Assembly (NCBI GenBank): GCA_017524525.1
Contig: JAFXVM010000003.1
Span: 1,836-65,835 of the forward strand
Source: Alphaproteobacteria bacterium
Lineage (GTDB): Bacteria; Pseudomonadota; Alphaproteobacteria; Rs-D84
DNA length: 64,000 nucleotides
Direction: 5' to 3'
Made by a program: the position numbers and the translations under genes. The notes under the pieces are model-generated. The model had not been told where the DNA came from. It was given only the letters and a program-made list of their open reading frames with translations, and did not search any database. Below, piece after piece: positions 9,777 through 18,620 of this stretch (positions are counted from its first letter, which is position 1; each line of letters opens with the position of its first letter).

Positions 9777-10463
9777 ATGAAACTTATTATTGGCAATTGG
9801 AAAATGAACGGCAATTTGGACGAAAAAAATTTTTTGTTCAAAGATTTATCTAATACAAAAACCAAGAATAAAATAATTATGTGCTTGCCCTTTACTTTAA
9901 TCGGTGGCGAAAATTTTGGCATAACACTTGGTGCCCAAGATGTCAGCAATCACGAAAACGGCGCATATACCGGCGATATTTCTGCCACAATGCTAAAAGA
10001 CGCAGGCGTACAATATGTCCTTTGCGGACACAGTGAAAGAAGACTTCACCATAACGAAACAAATGAAATGGTCAAAGAAAAAGCAACCACAGCAATCAAA
10101 AACGGAATCATCCCTGTTATTTGCGTAGGTGAAACAATGGAAGAAAAAAACGCAGGTCATACAATCGCGGTTATCAAAAAAATGTTAAGTGAAAGCATTC
10201 CTGAAAACGGTGAATACATTATTGCTTATGAACCGCGTTGGGCAATTGGAAGTGGCGTCACCCCGACAAACAGCGAAATTGTATTGGCTGTGAAAATAAT
10301 ATTTGATACTCTGCCTAACTCAATGCCAATCTTGTATGGTGGCAGCATAAACGCGACTAACGCAAAAGAAATAGCATCTATTCCTTATGTTGATGGCTTG
10401 TTAATTGGCAGTGCATCCTTGAAAAGTGAAACTTTTTTACCTATAATAAAAACACTAGATTAA
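9777..10463 (+). CDS. tpiA: Triosephosphate isomerase
   Basis: GNWKMNG, CGHSERR and AYEPRWAIGSG motifs. Confidence 0.93.
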   Translation: MKLIIGNWKMNGNLDEKNFLFKDLSNTKTKNKIIMCLPFTLIGGENFGITLGAQDVSNHENGAYTGDISATMLKDAGVQYVLCGHSERRLHHNETNEMVKEKATTAIKNGIIPVICVGETMEEKNAGHTIAVIKKMLSESIPENGEYIIAYEPRWAIGSGVTPTNSEIVLAVKIIFDTLPNSMPILYGGSINATNAKEIASIPYVDGLLIGSASLKSETFLPIIKTLD

Positions 10464-10492
10464 AGATATAATGAAAATAAACGGATGACATC

Positions 10493-11008
10493 ATGGAAGA
10501 TAATAAAAAAGAAGTCAAAGTAGAATCGGTTTCTGTTGAAGATTCTAAACCTGAAATATCGAACGACAAACAAACCGAAATCATCGAACAATTAAACAAT
10601 AAAATCGCAGAATTAAACGACAAATATTTACGCGTCGCTGCTGAATTAGAAAACACGCGTCGTCGTTCTGCTTTGGACATAGAATCAGTATCACGCAATC
10701 GTGCGATGAGCGTCGCTGAAAAGATCTTACCGGTTATGGATGCAGTTCAATCTGCTTTGAAACACGCGCCCGATGACGAAGGAATTAAAACTATGGAACG
10801 CGCATTGCAAAGTGCTTTTGCACACATAGGCATTACAAAAATAAACACAGTTGGCGAAAAATTAAACCCGCAATTCCATAACGCAATTCAAATGGTAGAT
10901 AAACCAGACGAAAAGACCGAAACAAATACTATTGTTGAAGAAATGCAAACAGGTTATATGTTTGGCGATACAGTTCTTCGCACCGCAATGGTCGTTGTTT
11001 CTAAGTAA
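10493..11008 (+). CDS. grpE: Nucleotide exchange factor GrpE
   Basis: YLRVAAELENTRRR motif and a C-terminal beta domain (GYMFGDTVLRTAMV). Confidence 0.93.
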   Translation: MEDNKKEVKVESVSVEDSKPEISNDKQTEIIEQLNNKIAELNDKYLRVAAELENTRRRSALDIESVSRNRAMSVAEKILPVMDAVQSALKHAPDDEGIKTMERALQSAFAHIGITKINTVGEKLNPQFHNAIQMVDKPDEKTETNTIVEEMQTGYMFGDTVLRTAMVVVSK

Positions 11009-11059
11009 ATTCATATTTCAACGCACAATGGTTATTACAACGGAATCAAAGCAGACTTG

Positions 11060-11085
11060 TCCCACGAAGTTTTAACGAAGTGGGA
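11060..11085 (+). repeat. Stem-loop with conserved 14-nt loop GAAGTTTTAACGAA (copy 1)
   Basis: TCCCAC-gaagttttaacgaa-GTGGGA. The same loop, with a CACAC/GTGTG stem, occurs at 54350-54373. Confidence 0.6.
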
Positions 11086-11103
11086 TGGTAGTCGTATCAA
11101 AAT

Positions 11104-11128
11104 AAAAAACGTCTTTCGACGTTTTTTT
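11104..11128. terminator. Bidirectional intrinsic terminator
   Basis: A-run, ACGTC/GACGT stem, T-run, between grpE and the convergent hydrolase gene. Confidence 0.7.
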
Positions 11129-12209
11129 ATTTCACAGATACATTCATAATTGGTCTTGCTTTGACATCATCCAGTGGATGTTGCTGATAAGGCACTTTTG
11201 CAAAATCTATGCTGTTCAAATCGATTTTACGAACAGTTGGATTATACATTGTGTTATAATACAAATTATTATTCGTCATATCTGTCACCGCGGTCCATTG
11301 TGTAGCAGATGGTATATTCGGTATCTTTGTTTTATCACTAAATTGAATTCCTATTGGTATTGTCATCGCTTCCAAAATTACAAAGGCTTGATTGACCGCT
11401 TGAATTGCATTTTCAAATTCTGGCGCACTGGTTTGATAAATTGCCGCACGCACAAAACGCGATGGCGGAGTCACATCCCCCGGCAATCCTAACAAACCGC
11501 TGCCGTGCCCAATGGGATTAAGATAGATATCACCAAACGCATGTGAATCTGCGCTGCCAGGGTGTAAATTAATGTAATTATTCAAATTAGTTAAATGCCA
11601 TGGATACGCCGGCGCATTGGTTAACACACCCAAAGTATTTTCATAAACCATCGGGATACCATCCATATATTCAATCACTATTTGACGACCATATTTGTCT
11701 GCAACGCGCCAGTGTAAATTTTGGGCACGCGAATCTGTGGCAACCACACGCACAGAACTAAGCGCAGAAATAACATCTTCGACAGTTTCAAAACTGCCCA
11801 ATATCCACGCTACGAATTCAGTATCCGAAATTGTTTTGTCTTTAAGCGATTCGTCATATTTTGGATAAGAACCTGTTTTTGGGAAATAAAATAGCCCTGC
11901 TGATAATCCAACTTGGTTCAAACCTTCGATAACATAATCTTCTGATGCCAAACCTACATAGCCAAAAAACGCAGTATATTTCATACCGGTTTTGGTTCCG
12001 TCTGGCAACATAGATTGTTTTTCGTATCCTTGGGGGACTATTAAATAATCACTTGGGCTTTCGCCATTTGCCCATTCAACAGTTCGTGCAACTATGTTTG
12101 CACCATCATTAGATTTTAATGTAATTCCTGTACAGGAATCGGCTTTGGTGTGGATGCCAACAATCGCCAACATCATCACAAATAAAAGATTTAATTTTTT
12201 CGTTTTCAT
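11127..12209 (-). CDS. Choloylglycine hydrolase family (linear amide C-N hydrolase, Ntn) enzyme, secreted
   Basis: Signal peptide followed by a nucleophile Cys (ADS-CTGITLKSNDG), the characteristic processed N-terminus of bile-salt hydrolase / penicillin V acylase. Confidence 0.85.
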   Translation of the reverse strand: MKTKKLNLLFVMMLAIVGIHTKADSCTGITLKSNDGANIVARTVEWANGESPSDYLIVPQGYEKQSMLPDGTKTGMKYTAFFGYVGLASEDYVIEGLNQVGLSAGLFYFPKTGSYPKYDESLKDKTISDTEFVAWILGSFETVEDVISALSSVRVVATDSRAQNLHWRVADKYGRQIVIEYMDGIPMVYENTLGVLTNAPAYPWHLTNLNNYINLHPGSADSHAFGDIYLNPIGHGSGLLGLPGDVTPPSRFVRAAIYQTSAPEFENAIQAVNQAFVILEAMTIPIGIQFSDKTKIPNIPSATQWTAVTDMTNNNLYYNTMYNPTVRKIDLNSIDFAKVPYQQHPLDDVKARPIMNVSVK

Positions 12210-12288
12210 GCTTTTATTTTTTCATAAAAACGAACACGAAACCATAGGAGCCTTTTCCAAACTCAAACCGCGATTTCTCGCGATTTTC

Positions 12289-15200
12289 TTATATTCCTAA
12301 TCTGTGGTGTAATTTGAACATAAATATCGATTCGTTTCCAAAATCATCAATATTATTTGGATTCACACGATAGATAAACCCAACACCTGCATCCGTCCAT
12401 TTGCCAACTGATTGTTTATAAGACGAAGAAAATCTTAATTCGCGTTTTTGTGCTGATAAATCTATTTCCTCTGTATGCGGATTAAGAGCAACAACTTCGT
12501 ATTTACCATTGTTTTCAACAACTTCTAAATCTGCATAATCATAACCCATTTTACCATCCACCACCGCCAAAGGCATCGCCGCAGTAAATTCAAAACCACC
12601 AACATTCAATCCCAAAGCATACGCATTTGATTTAATATTCGATAATTCTGTTATCAACCCCGTCCCAATATCAGCACGCGTATTTGCAAATGTTGCACGC
12701 GCAAACAACCCCATATTATCAAAAGGTTTATAAGTTGCGATTGTGTCTATATATTGGGTATCACCACCATTTAACGCAATCAAACCATCGCTGTACATTC
12801 CCAATACTGTATTTGTTTCGTGCATATTACCAAACGAAATATCTAACCCAAATTTTTCAGTATTATATTCCCCGTTTACCGCCGCACCAGTTGCAAATCC
12901 CAATCTTTCTGGTTCATATTGTGATGAAATCGCAGGATCATTTTCCAATAAATTTTCATTTGTTATCGCCCCAGAAAACGCGCGTGTCCCAAATGCAAAA
13001 TTACCCGTTTTATATTTCGCACCAACCGACAAAGCATTTGCAGTCAAAGCCAACACACCATTAGCGCGTCCATCAAATCTGGACATACCGTCAGTTAAGA
13101 AACGCTGATATTCTGCATCAATATCGTATTTTTCACCTTTGAACGCGACACGCAGATTATCCAGACCATTCAAATTATCATCATAAGCGCGCGCCGACAT
13201 AGCCATATCAAACGAAACATTTCCAATTTGATTTGATTTTTTATTTGAAGAATCAACACTAAATTCACCCAACACATCCCCCATATAAAGACCATGTCTT
13301 GAATTTCCATCCATTGATATATTCGCATTCCAAACACGCGGCAAAGATATTGAACCATCCGCGCTTTCAATCACATCAAAGAACGCCGTTTTGATTTCAC
13401 CATGTCCAGTCAAAGACAACGCATTTGACGCGCGCGATGAAGATGTGCGCCAATAAGAATTTCCAGCCGCAGACACAATGTTATCTTTGTTTGAATAATA
13501 ATAAACATTTGTTCCAGGTCTTGTCGCACGTTCAAGATTTATCATTCCATAACCGAACGCAGTCTTAAAACTTTGTAAATAATATGCATCAGAAGTATCC
13601 ATATACCCCGGCAAAGAATACATATTCTTTAAATACGTAATCAAATCACTTGTCGAAGCCCACGCCAGCCCTGTTTCTGGATTTGTCCCCAAATAAGGAC
13701 CATCTGCCGTCAAAGCCAAAAGCAAGAATATTTGTTGTGGTGTCATATAATCAAACGCACTTTTGACCAGCGCAACGGACCCTGCCATCGCAGCCGTCGC
13801 ATCCACATCTGTAATACCAGGTGCCGCAAAACACCATGGATTCGTCGCCCCGTTATTACCAGTCCCTGTCAACCCACACATACGCGAAGAATAAGTAATT
13901 GAAGAATCATCAGCATCTGCCCACAAAGACAATTCCAATTTACCAGAATTTTCTGGCGAATAATTTGAAACAGTCACATTTTTGGTTCCATTGGCAGGTT
14001 TAACCGCAACCACAGTCATAAACAAATTCTTTAAACCGTCATAAATTGCGGGGGCAAAATTTTCAAACGTCGCATCCGTATAATGATAGTTCGCAAAAAC
14101 ATTATGTCCCGCAGGATTAATCAAAAGCCAAGTCTTTGTTTCAAATGCCCCCAAATTTTCAAACACATATTTTGCATCATCCCCAGGCTTGCCATATGGT
14201 GCTGTATCATCCGCAGTCACTAAATTATAATTAGCATCGATTGCGTTCCGTAACGCCTGCTTTTTTCCATTCAGTGTCAAACCAGAATTATTTAAATTTT
14301 CATTACTTACAGTGTAATATTCCAACGCACTTGCCCCAGGAATTTCTGCCAAATTAACAATAACATTTGTGTTTATACCATCAGCCATAACCTGTCTTAT
14401 CGCAGCATAATTTTTGTAATCTGCCGCTGCTATTTCTTTTGATAAATTCAAATTAGTTCCTTCGAACACATACATTTGATTTATATTTCCATCTGCCCCA
14501 GAATCTATAAATAATCTGTCGCCAATAATATAACCGTGATAAGTATTTGTATCATGCGTTGCTACAAACTGATTTCCGTCCACAGCAGATACTGTTATCC
14601 CATCAAATAAATCGAAAGTATCACCAACATCCAAAGTATCCCCTGCGATATTATATGTGACCGAAACAGAAGAAGTTGTATCGACCCAAGTCTTTCCATC
14701 ACCTGTTTTATAAACAGTCAATTGTCCGTTTGGAATAAATCCAACAAAATCAGCCGACCGACCACCTGCTTCCCAACCAGCAATTATTTTCGCAGTTTTG
14801 GTATCAGCGTTTGATGCCATACCAAAAACAGAACCACTGCCCGATAAATCAAACGCAGTATTTTCTGTTCCACCAGACAAATTATAATACTTATGAGAAT
14901 TTTCCAAAGCATCAGCCTTGGCACTTAAACACTCGGCAGATTCAGGATTATTTTTGCACGCCGATATAACCGTATTTATTTGCGCAGAATCAATCCAAGT
15001 AATTGTTCCATCAACCGCACTTCCTGTCGCATTAACACCACTGCCAGTAATCATCGCAACATTTACAGGCTTTCCGCCACCAGGTACCTCTGCATAAGGC
15101 AAAGTACTTAAATCAAAAGGTGCCAAATCACTGGTCAATCTTATTGTCTGCATACCTTGGTATCCACGCACAAAAGCATTATAAGCACGAGCCACCATCA

Positions 15201-15855
15201 AATAATTAAATGTATTCTGCAAAGATGTATTAGACATATACGCAAAATCTTGTGAATTTTCCCACACTGTAAAACTAGACGGACAATTTCCACCAGAACA
15301 CGCAGGTCCATAAGGCAAATTCAATGGGAATAATTTATTTGCCGTTTCAGTCGAAGAACCACCATTATTGTTGTTATTTGGTCTGTCGCTGTTTGTTCCA
15401 CTGTTTGTATGCCCGTTATCATCATCAAAAACCTTGGTCAACAATACGACGCCACCCAACACAGCTGCAACCCCAACCGCAGACAATGCGATTACATGAG
15501 TTGAAGACAACCCGCTAAAGAAACCGTATTCTTCACCTTTGGCAGCCACTTTTGTTTTTTGTTGATATTGTTTAATCTGCCTGTCGCAATTTGATGCATC
15601 AGCACCATACATTTGCAAAACCTGAATAGCACGTTTATCGTTATTCATAACCGCAGTACACACCAAAGACAAACCTGTTGAATCAACATAATTCACATCA
15701 GCGCCATTATTGATTAAAATTTGAACAGTTTGAATATCACCTTGGCGTGCAGCAATCAAAAGTTTGGATGCATCTTGAAACCTGCCATCTACTGCGGCAA
15801 AAGACATGCATGGTATCAAAAACCATAAAACGCCCAAAAATCTCATAAATTTCAT
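12289..15855 (-). CDS. Giant outer-membrane protein: signal peptide, ankyrin repeats, hydrophobic segment, degenerate subtilase-like region, C-terminal beta-barrel (autotransporter-like)
   Basis: Start set at MKFMRF (RBS AAGAGGGA upstream). ANK consensus (LLIAARQGDIQTVQILINNGADVN). TAAMAGSVALVKSAFDYMTPQQIF resembles the S8 Ser-motif helix but with Ala in the Ser position. The C-terminus has alternating beta strands. Confidence 0.7.
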   Translation of the reverse strand: MKFMRFLGVLWFLIPCMSFAAVDGRFQDASKLLIAARQGDIQTVQILINNGADVNYVDSTGLSLVCTAVMNNDKRAIQVLQMYGADASNCDRQIKQYQQKTKVAAKGEEYGFFSGLSSTHVIALSAVGVAAVLGGVVLLTKVFDDDNGHTNSGTNSDRPNNNNNGGSSTETANKLFPLNLPYGPACSGGNCPSSFTVWENSQDFAYMSNTSLQNTFNYLMVARAYNAFVRGYQGMQTIRLTSDLAPFDLSTLPYAEVPGGGKPVNVAMITGSGVNATGSAVDGTITWIDSAQINTVISACKNNPESAECLSAKADALENSHKYYNLSGGTENTAFDLSGSGSVFGMASNADTKTAKIIAGWEAGGRSADFVGFIPNGQLTVYKTGDGKTWVDTTSSVSVTYNIAGDTLDVGDTFDLFDGITVSAVDGNQFVATHDTNTYHGYIIGDRLFIDSGADGNINQMYVFEGTNLNLSKEIAAADYKNYAAIRQVMADGINTNVIVNLAEIPGASALEYYTVSNENLNNSGLTLNGKKQALRNAIDANYNLVTADDTAPYGKPGDDAKYVFENLGAFETKTWLLINPAGHNVFANYHYTDATFENFAPAIYDGLKNLFMTVVAVKPANGTKNVTVSNYSPENSGKLELSLWADADDSSITYSSRMCGLTGTGNNGATNPWCFAAPGITDVDATAAMAGSVALVKSAFDYMTPQQIFLLLALTADGPYLGTNPETGLAWASTSDLITYLKNMYSLPGYMDTSDAYYLQSFKTAFGYGMINLERATRPGTNVYYYSNKDNIVSAAGNSYWRTSSSRASNALSLTGHGEIKTAFFDVIESADGSISLPRVWNANISMDGNSRHGLYMGDVLGEFSVDSSNKKSNQIGNVSFDMAMSARAYDDNLNGLDNLRVAFKGEKYDIDAEYQRFLTDGMSRFDGRANGVLALTANALSVGAKYKTGNFAFGTRAFSGAITNENLLENDPAISSQYEPERLGFATGAAVNGEYNTEKFGLDISFGNMHETNTVLGMYSDGLIALNGGDTQYIDTIATYKPFDNMGLFARATFANTRADIGTGLITELSNIKSNAYALGLNVGGFEFTAAMPLAVVDGKMGYDYADLEVVENNGKYEVVALNPHTEEIDLSAQKRELRFSSSYKQSVGKWTDAGVGFIYRVNPNNIDDFGNESIFMFKLHHRLGI

Positions 15856-15989
15856 AAAAGCATCCCTCTTTCGAAAAAAGTTTAGCATAAAAAACTTGGC
15901 TCTGTCCAGAAATTTTACTTATTAATATTCATGGATTTTTTCTTTGATTTAATATGCAATTTTTGATATAGTATACGGGAAGAGAGAAT

Positions 15990-16853
15990 ATGAAAACTCG
16001 TGCATTATTTTTTTCGAGTCTTTTATTGTTCGCACCAACTTTTGTGTATGGTGCGTGTTCTGTTGCAAATTTAACGCGCTGTCTTGATTCTGTTTGTGCG
16101 ATAAACATTGGCGCAAATCCTGCGGCAAGATGTCAATATTGTGGTTCTTCATCTGCGGGAACGCCCGAAAAATCGACAGCGATGAAATCTGTGTCCGCAG
16201 GTACATCAACAAAATATATTATTTCCGACAAAGAATTGAAAAAGGCGCCAACAGATCCGGGACAACGTTATATGTGGGGAACAGAACAATGTCTTAAAAA
16301 GGTTGCAGGATGTACCACAGACGATGTTTCCGACAATTATGATTCTTTGATAGAACAATCATGTACAGCGGCGGGAATATCTGCTGATTTTGAAAATTTA
16401 ACAAAGAAAATGAACCAAACAAAAACACAAACCGAATGTTCGCGTGACATAGAAGCATGCGTTATCGCGACTAATCGTTGCAACGCAGACTATAAAAATT
16501 GCGAATCGGATTCTGATTTCGACAGATATTTTGCAGAATGCAGTATTGCGTCCACGGGCTGTGATTCATTCTTGGCTGAAATCCGCGGCAATTTGACTTC
16601 ATCGCGCAGCACAGTATTTGCAAATGCAGACAAAATTTTACAAAAAATAGTTGCTGTATATCAAAATGCGCGTTCACAAAGGTTGGCATCCGCACAAAAT
16701 TCCTGTAAAAATAACAAGGCTGTTTTAGATTGTGTTAGTCGTGTATGCAAAAATAATATGCCTAACCAATGCAAAGTAAAAAGCGAAAACGAAGAATCAA
16801 TTGCTAAAGATTTATGCAAATTTTATGAAATAGCATGTGAAAGGTTGAAATAA
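15990..16853 (+). CDS. Secreted cysteine-rich protein (20 Cys in the mature part), C-x7-C-x4-C module family
   Basis: Signal peptide ...TFVYG-A. Modules CSVANLTRCLDSVC and CKNNKAVLDCVSRVC. RBS GGGAAGAGAG upstream. Confidence 0.8.
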   Translation: MKTRALFFSSLLLFAPTFVYGACSVANLTRCLDSVCAINIGANPAARCQYCGSSSAGTPEKSTAMKSVSAGTSTKYIISDKELKKAPTDPGQRYMWGTEQCLKKVAGCTTDDVSDNYDSLIEQSCTAAGISADFENLTKKMNQTKTQTECSRDIEACVIATNRCNADYKNCESDSDFDRYFAECSIASTGCDSFLAEIRGNLTSSRSTVFANADKILQKIVAVYQNARSQRLASAQNSCKNNKAVLDCVSRVCKNNMPNQCKVKSENEESIAKDLCKFYEIACERLK

Positions 16854-16855
16854 AA

Positions 16856-18613
16856 ATGACGATGAACAAAAGATTTTTTATTACATCTATGTCCATAATC
16901 ATGGGATTGTGTCTCGCTTTTAACGATTGCGCAAATGCGGCACCCAGAACTGCTGTGCGTGGTTCTGCAACGGCACGCAAATCTGTGGCCAATACGAAAC
17001 AATCTGTACCAGAAACAACCGCCGAACCAATCACAGCAGAACCAGAACAACCAACTGTTGAAACCGCACCAATTATATTGAATAAATCAAATCAATTTGA
17101 AGCGGCGGTCACATCTGTTTTGGAATCTGCCACATCGGAAAATTCTTTTGCTGAACAAATTCGTAAACAACGCGCTGCTCGCGAAGCGTCAGTGGCACGC
17201 GACGAAGCAACCAGCGCACAACAAAACGCATTGAAATCTGGTTCAAATAAATGTGACAAAGATTTGCGCGAATGTATGATGGATAAATGCGGTAAAGATT
17301 TTACTGAATGCGCGACTGATGGCGATACAATATTCGGCGACAAATTAAATTCTTGTAAACGCAATACCACTTGTTCTGGCGAAGAATTTTCTTTGTTTAC
17401 CGCTGAAATCAAGGCTGACCGCGATTTAAACGTTCAACTTGCATCGTATGAAACTGTGGTGGAATGCGGGAATCAGTATAACGCATGCATCGTTAACGAA
17501 TGCGGAAAAACATTTGATAAATGTTTGGGCAAATCTGCGGCAGACAGCGCGATTCAAAAATGTGCCATTATTGCGAATGATTGCAAAGCGGCGGATTCTG
17601 GGTTGGCATCACGTTTTGGTACCGCCGTTGGAAAATTGCGTGGCAGCGCTGAAACAAATATCAAAAAAGACGAAGAACGTCTATATAAATTGCGCGATTT
17701 GATGTCGAAACAATGTAAAACTTTGGGCGCAGCATTTGACGAACGCAGTTTTGATTGTGTTTACACAGTAAATTTCTTTGCGGGTGAAAATCAAAACAAA
17801 CCGACCGCATCACGCAAAGTCTACGCGGGTGATTCTTTTACATGTATGCAAGAATGGTTTGGCATAAACGCAACAACGTTCAAAGAAAACGCATTCCGCG
17901 AAACACGTTCTCAAACGGCGGCATCTTCTGCTATGTTGGGCGCAGGATTGGGAACAGCAGCGGGATTGGTGACATCTGGTGCAATTGGTCGCGCATTAGA
18001 TACACAAAAGGCAAAGAAAGATTATAAACAAGAATGCGAAGGTTTGGGTGACGGTTATAAATTCAAAGGTGGTAAATGCATAGATGAAAACACAGGCAAA
18101 GAAATTGATTTAGATATCGATGATGATCAGCCAAAACAACAACAAGCCGAGGGGGTAACGCCGACTCCGCAGAATAACAAAGAAGAAAAACCCGAGAAAA
18201 AAGAAGAAACGTCGCCGACTCCGCTGAACGCCGAAGAAGAATCGTTAGGACCAGGACCAGAAGACAGACCGATTACAGAAACGTTAGAAGAACCGGAAGA
18301 ACTAGAAGACGAAACACCCATTGATAAGTACGCAGCCGAAAATTATGAACCAACCGAAGAATGCGGTGTAATTGGCAGAAAGGAATGTAACCAAAATAAA
18401 AGAACTTATAAAATTTGCGAAATAGAAGGAGAAGGAAGCAGAGATTGCAATCATAAAAATATGTTACCGAGCAACGCAACAGCAGCTAAATGCGATGCCA
18501 AAAGTACAAGAGACAAGACTATCAATGGAAAAAAGTATAAAATATGCATCGCGACAGCCTGCAACGACAAAACTACATTATCCGTAGACCATTGTGTGCC
18601 GAAGAAAAAATAG
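16856..18613 (+). CDS. Secreted/membrane cysteine-rich protein, two tandem C-x6-C-x4-CGK-x-F-x2-C modules
   Basis: Signal peptide ...CANA-A. CDKDLRECMMDKCGKDFTEC and CGNQYNACIVNECGKTFDKC. Gly-rich hydrophobic segment AMLGAGLGTAAGLVTSGAIG, an acidic/Pro linker and a Cys-rich C-terminus. The start lies 2 nt after the previous stop. Confidence 0.8.
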   Translation: MTMNKRFFITSMSIIMGLCLAFNDCANAAPRTAVRGSATARKSVANTKQSVPETTAEPITAEPEQPTVETAPIILNKSNQFEAAVTSVLESATSENSFAEQIRKQRAAREASVARDEATSAQQNALKSGSNKCDKDLRECMMDKCGKDFTECATDGDTIFGDKLNSCKRNTTCSGEEFSLFTAEIKADRDLNVQLASYETVVECGNQYNACIVNECGKTFDKCLGKSAADSAIQKCAIIANDCKAADSGLASRFGTAVGKLRGSAETNIKKDEERLYKLRDLMSKQCKTLGAAFDERSFDCVYTVNFFAGENQNKPTASRKVYAGDSFTCMQEWFGINATTFKENAFRETRSQTAASSAMLGAGLGTAAGLVTSGAIGRALDTQKAKKDYKQECEGLGDGYKFKGGKCIDENTGKEIDLDIDDDQPKQQQAEGVTPTPQNNKEEKPEKKEETSPTPLNAEEESLGPGPEDRPITETLEEPEELEDETPIDKYAAENYEPTEECGVIGRKECNQNKRTYKICEIEGEGSRDCNHKNMLPSNATAAKCDAKSTRDKTINGKKYKICIATACNDKTTLSVDHCVPKKK

Positions 18614-18620
18614 AACAAAA

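Noticed and set aside
8285-9949. Long 554-aa version of the PpiD-like ORF, and similar N-terminal extensions at 27466-28092, 31022-32344, 35692-36207, 41229-43184, 47312-48133, 48106-48939, 56406-58010 and 61458-61940
   Set aside because: The extensions overlap divergent genes or lack an RBS. Internal starts restore canonical N-termini or signal peptides and have Shine-Dalgarno sequences, so the coordinates were trimmed accordingly.
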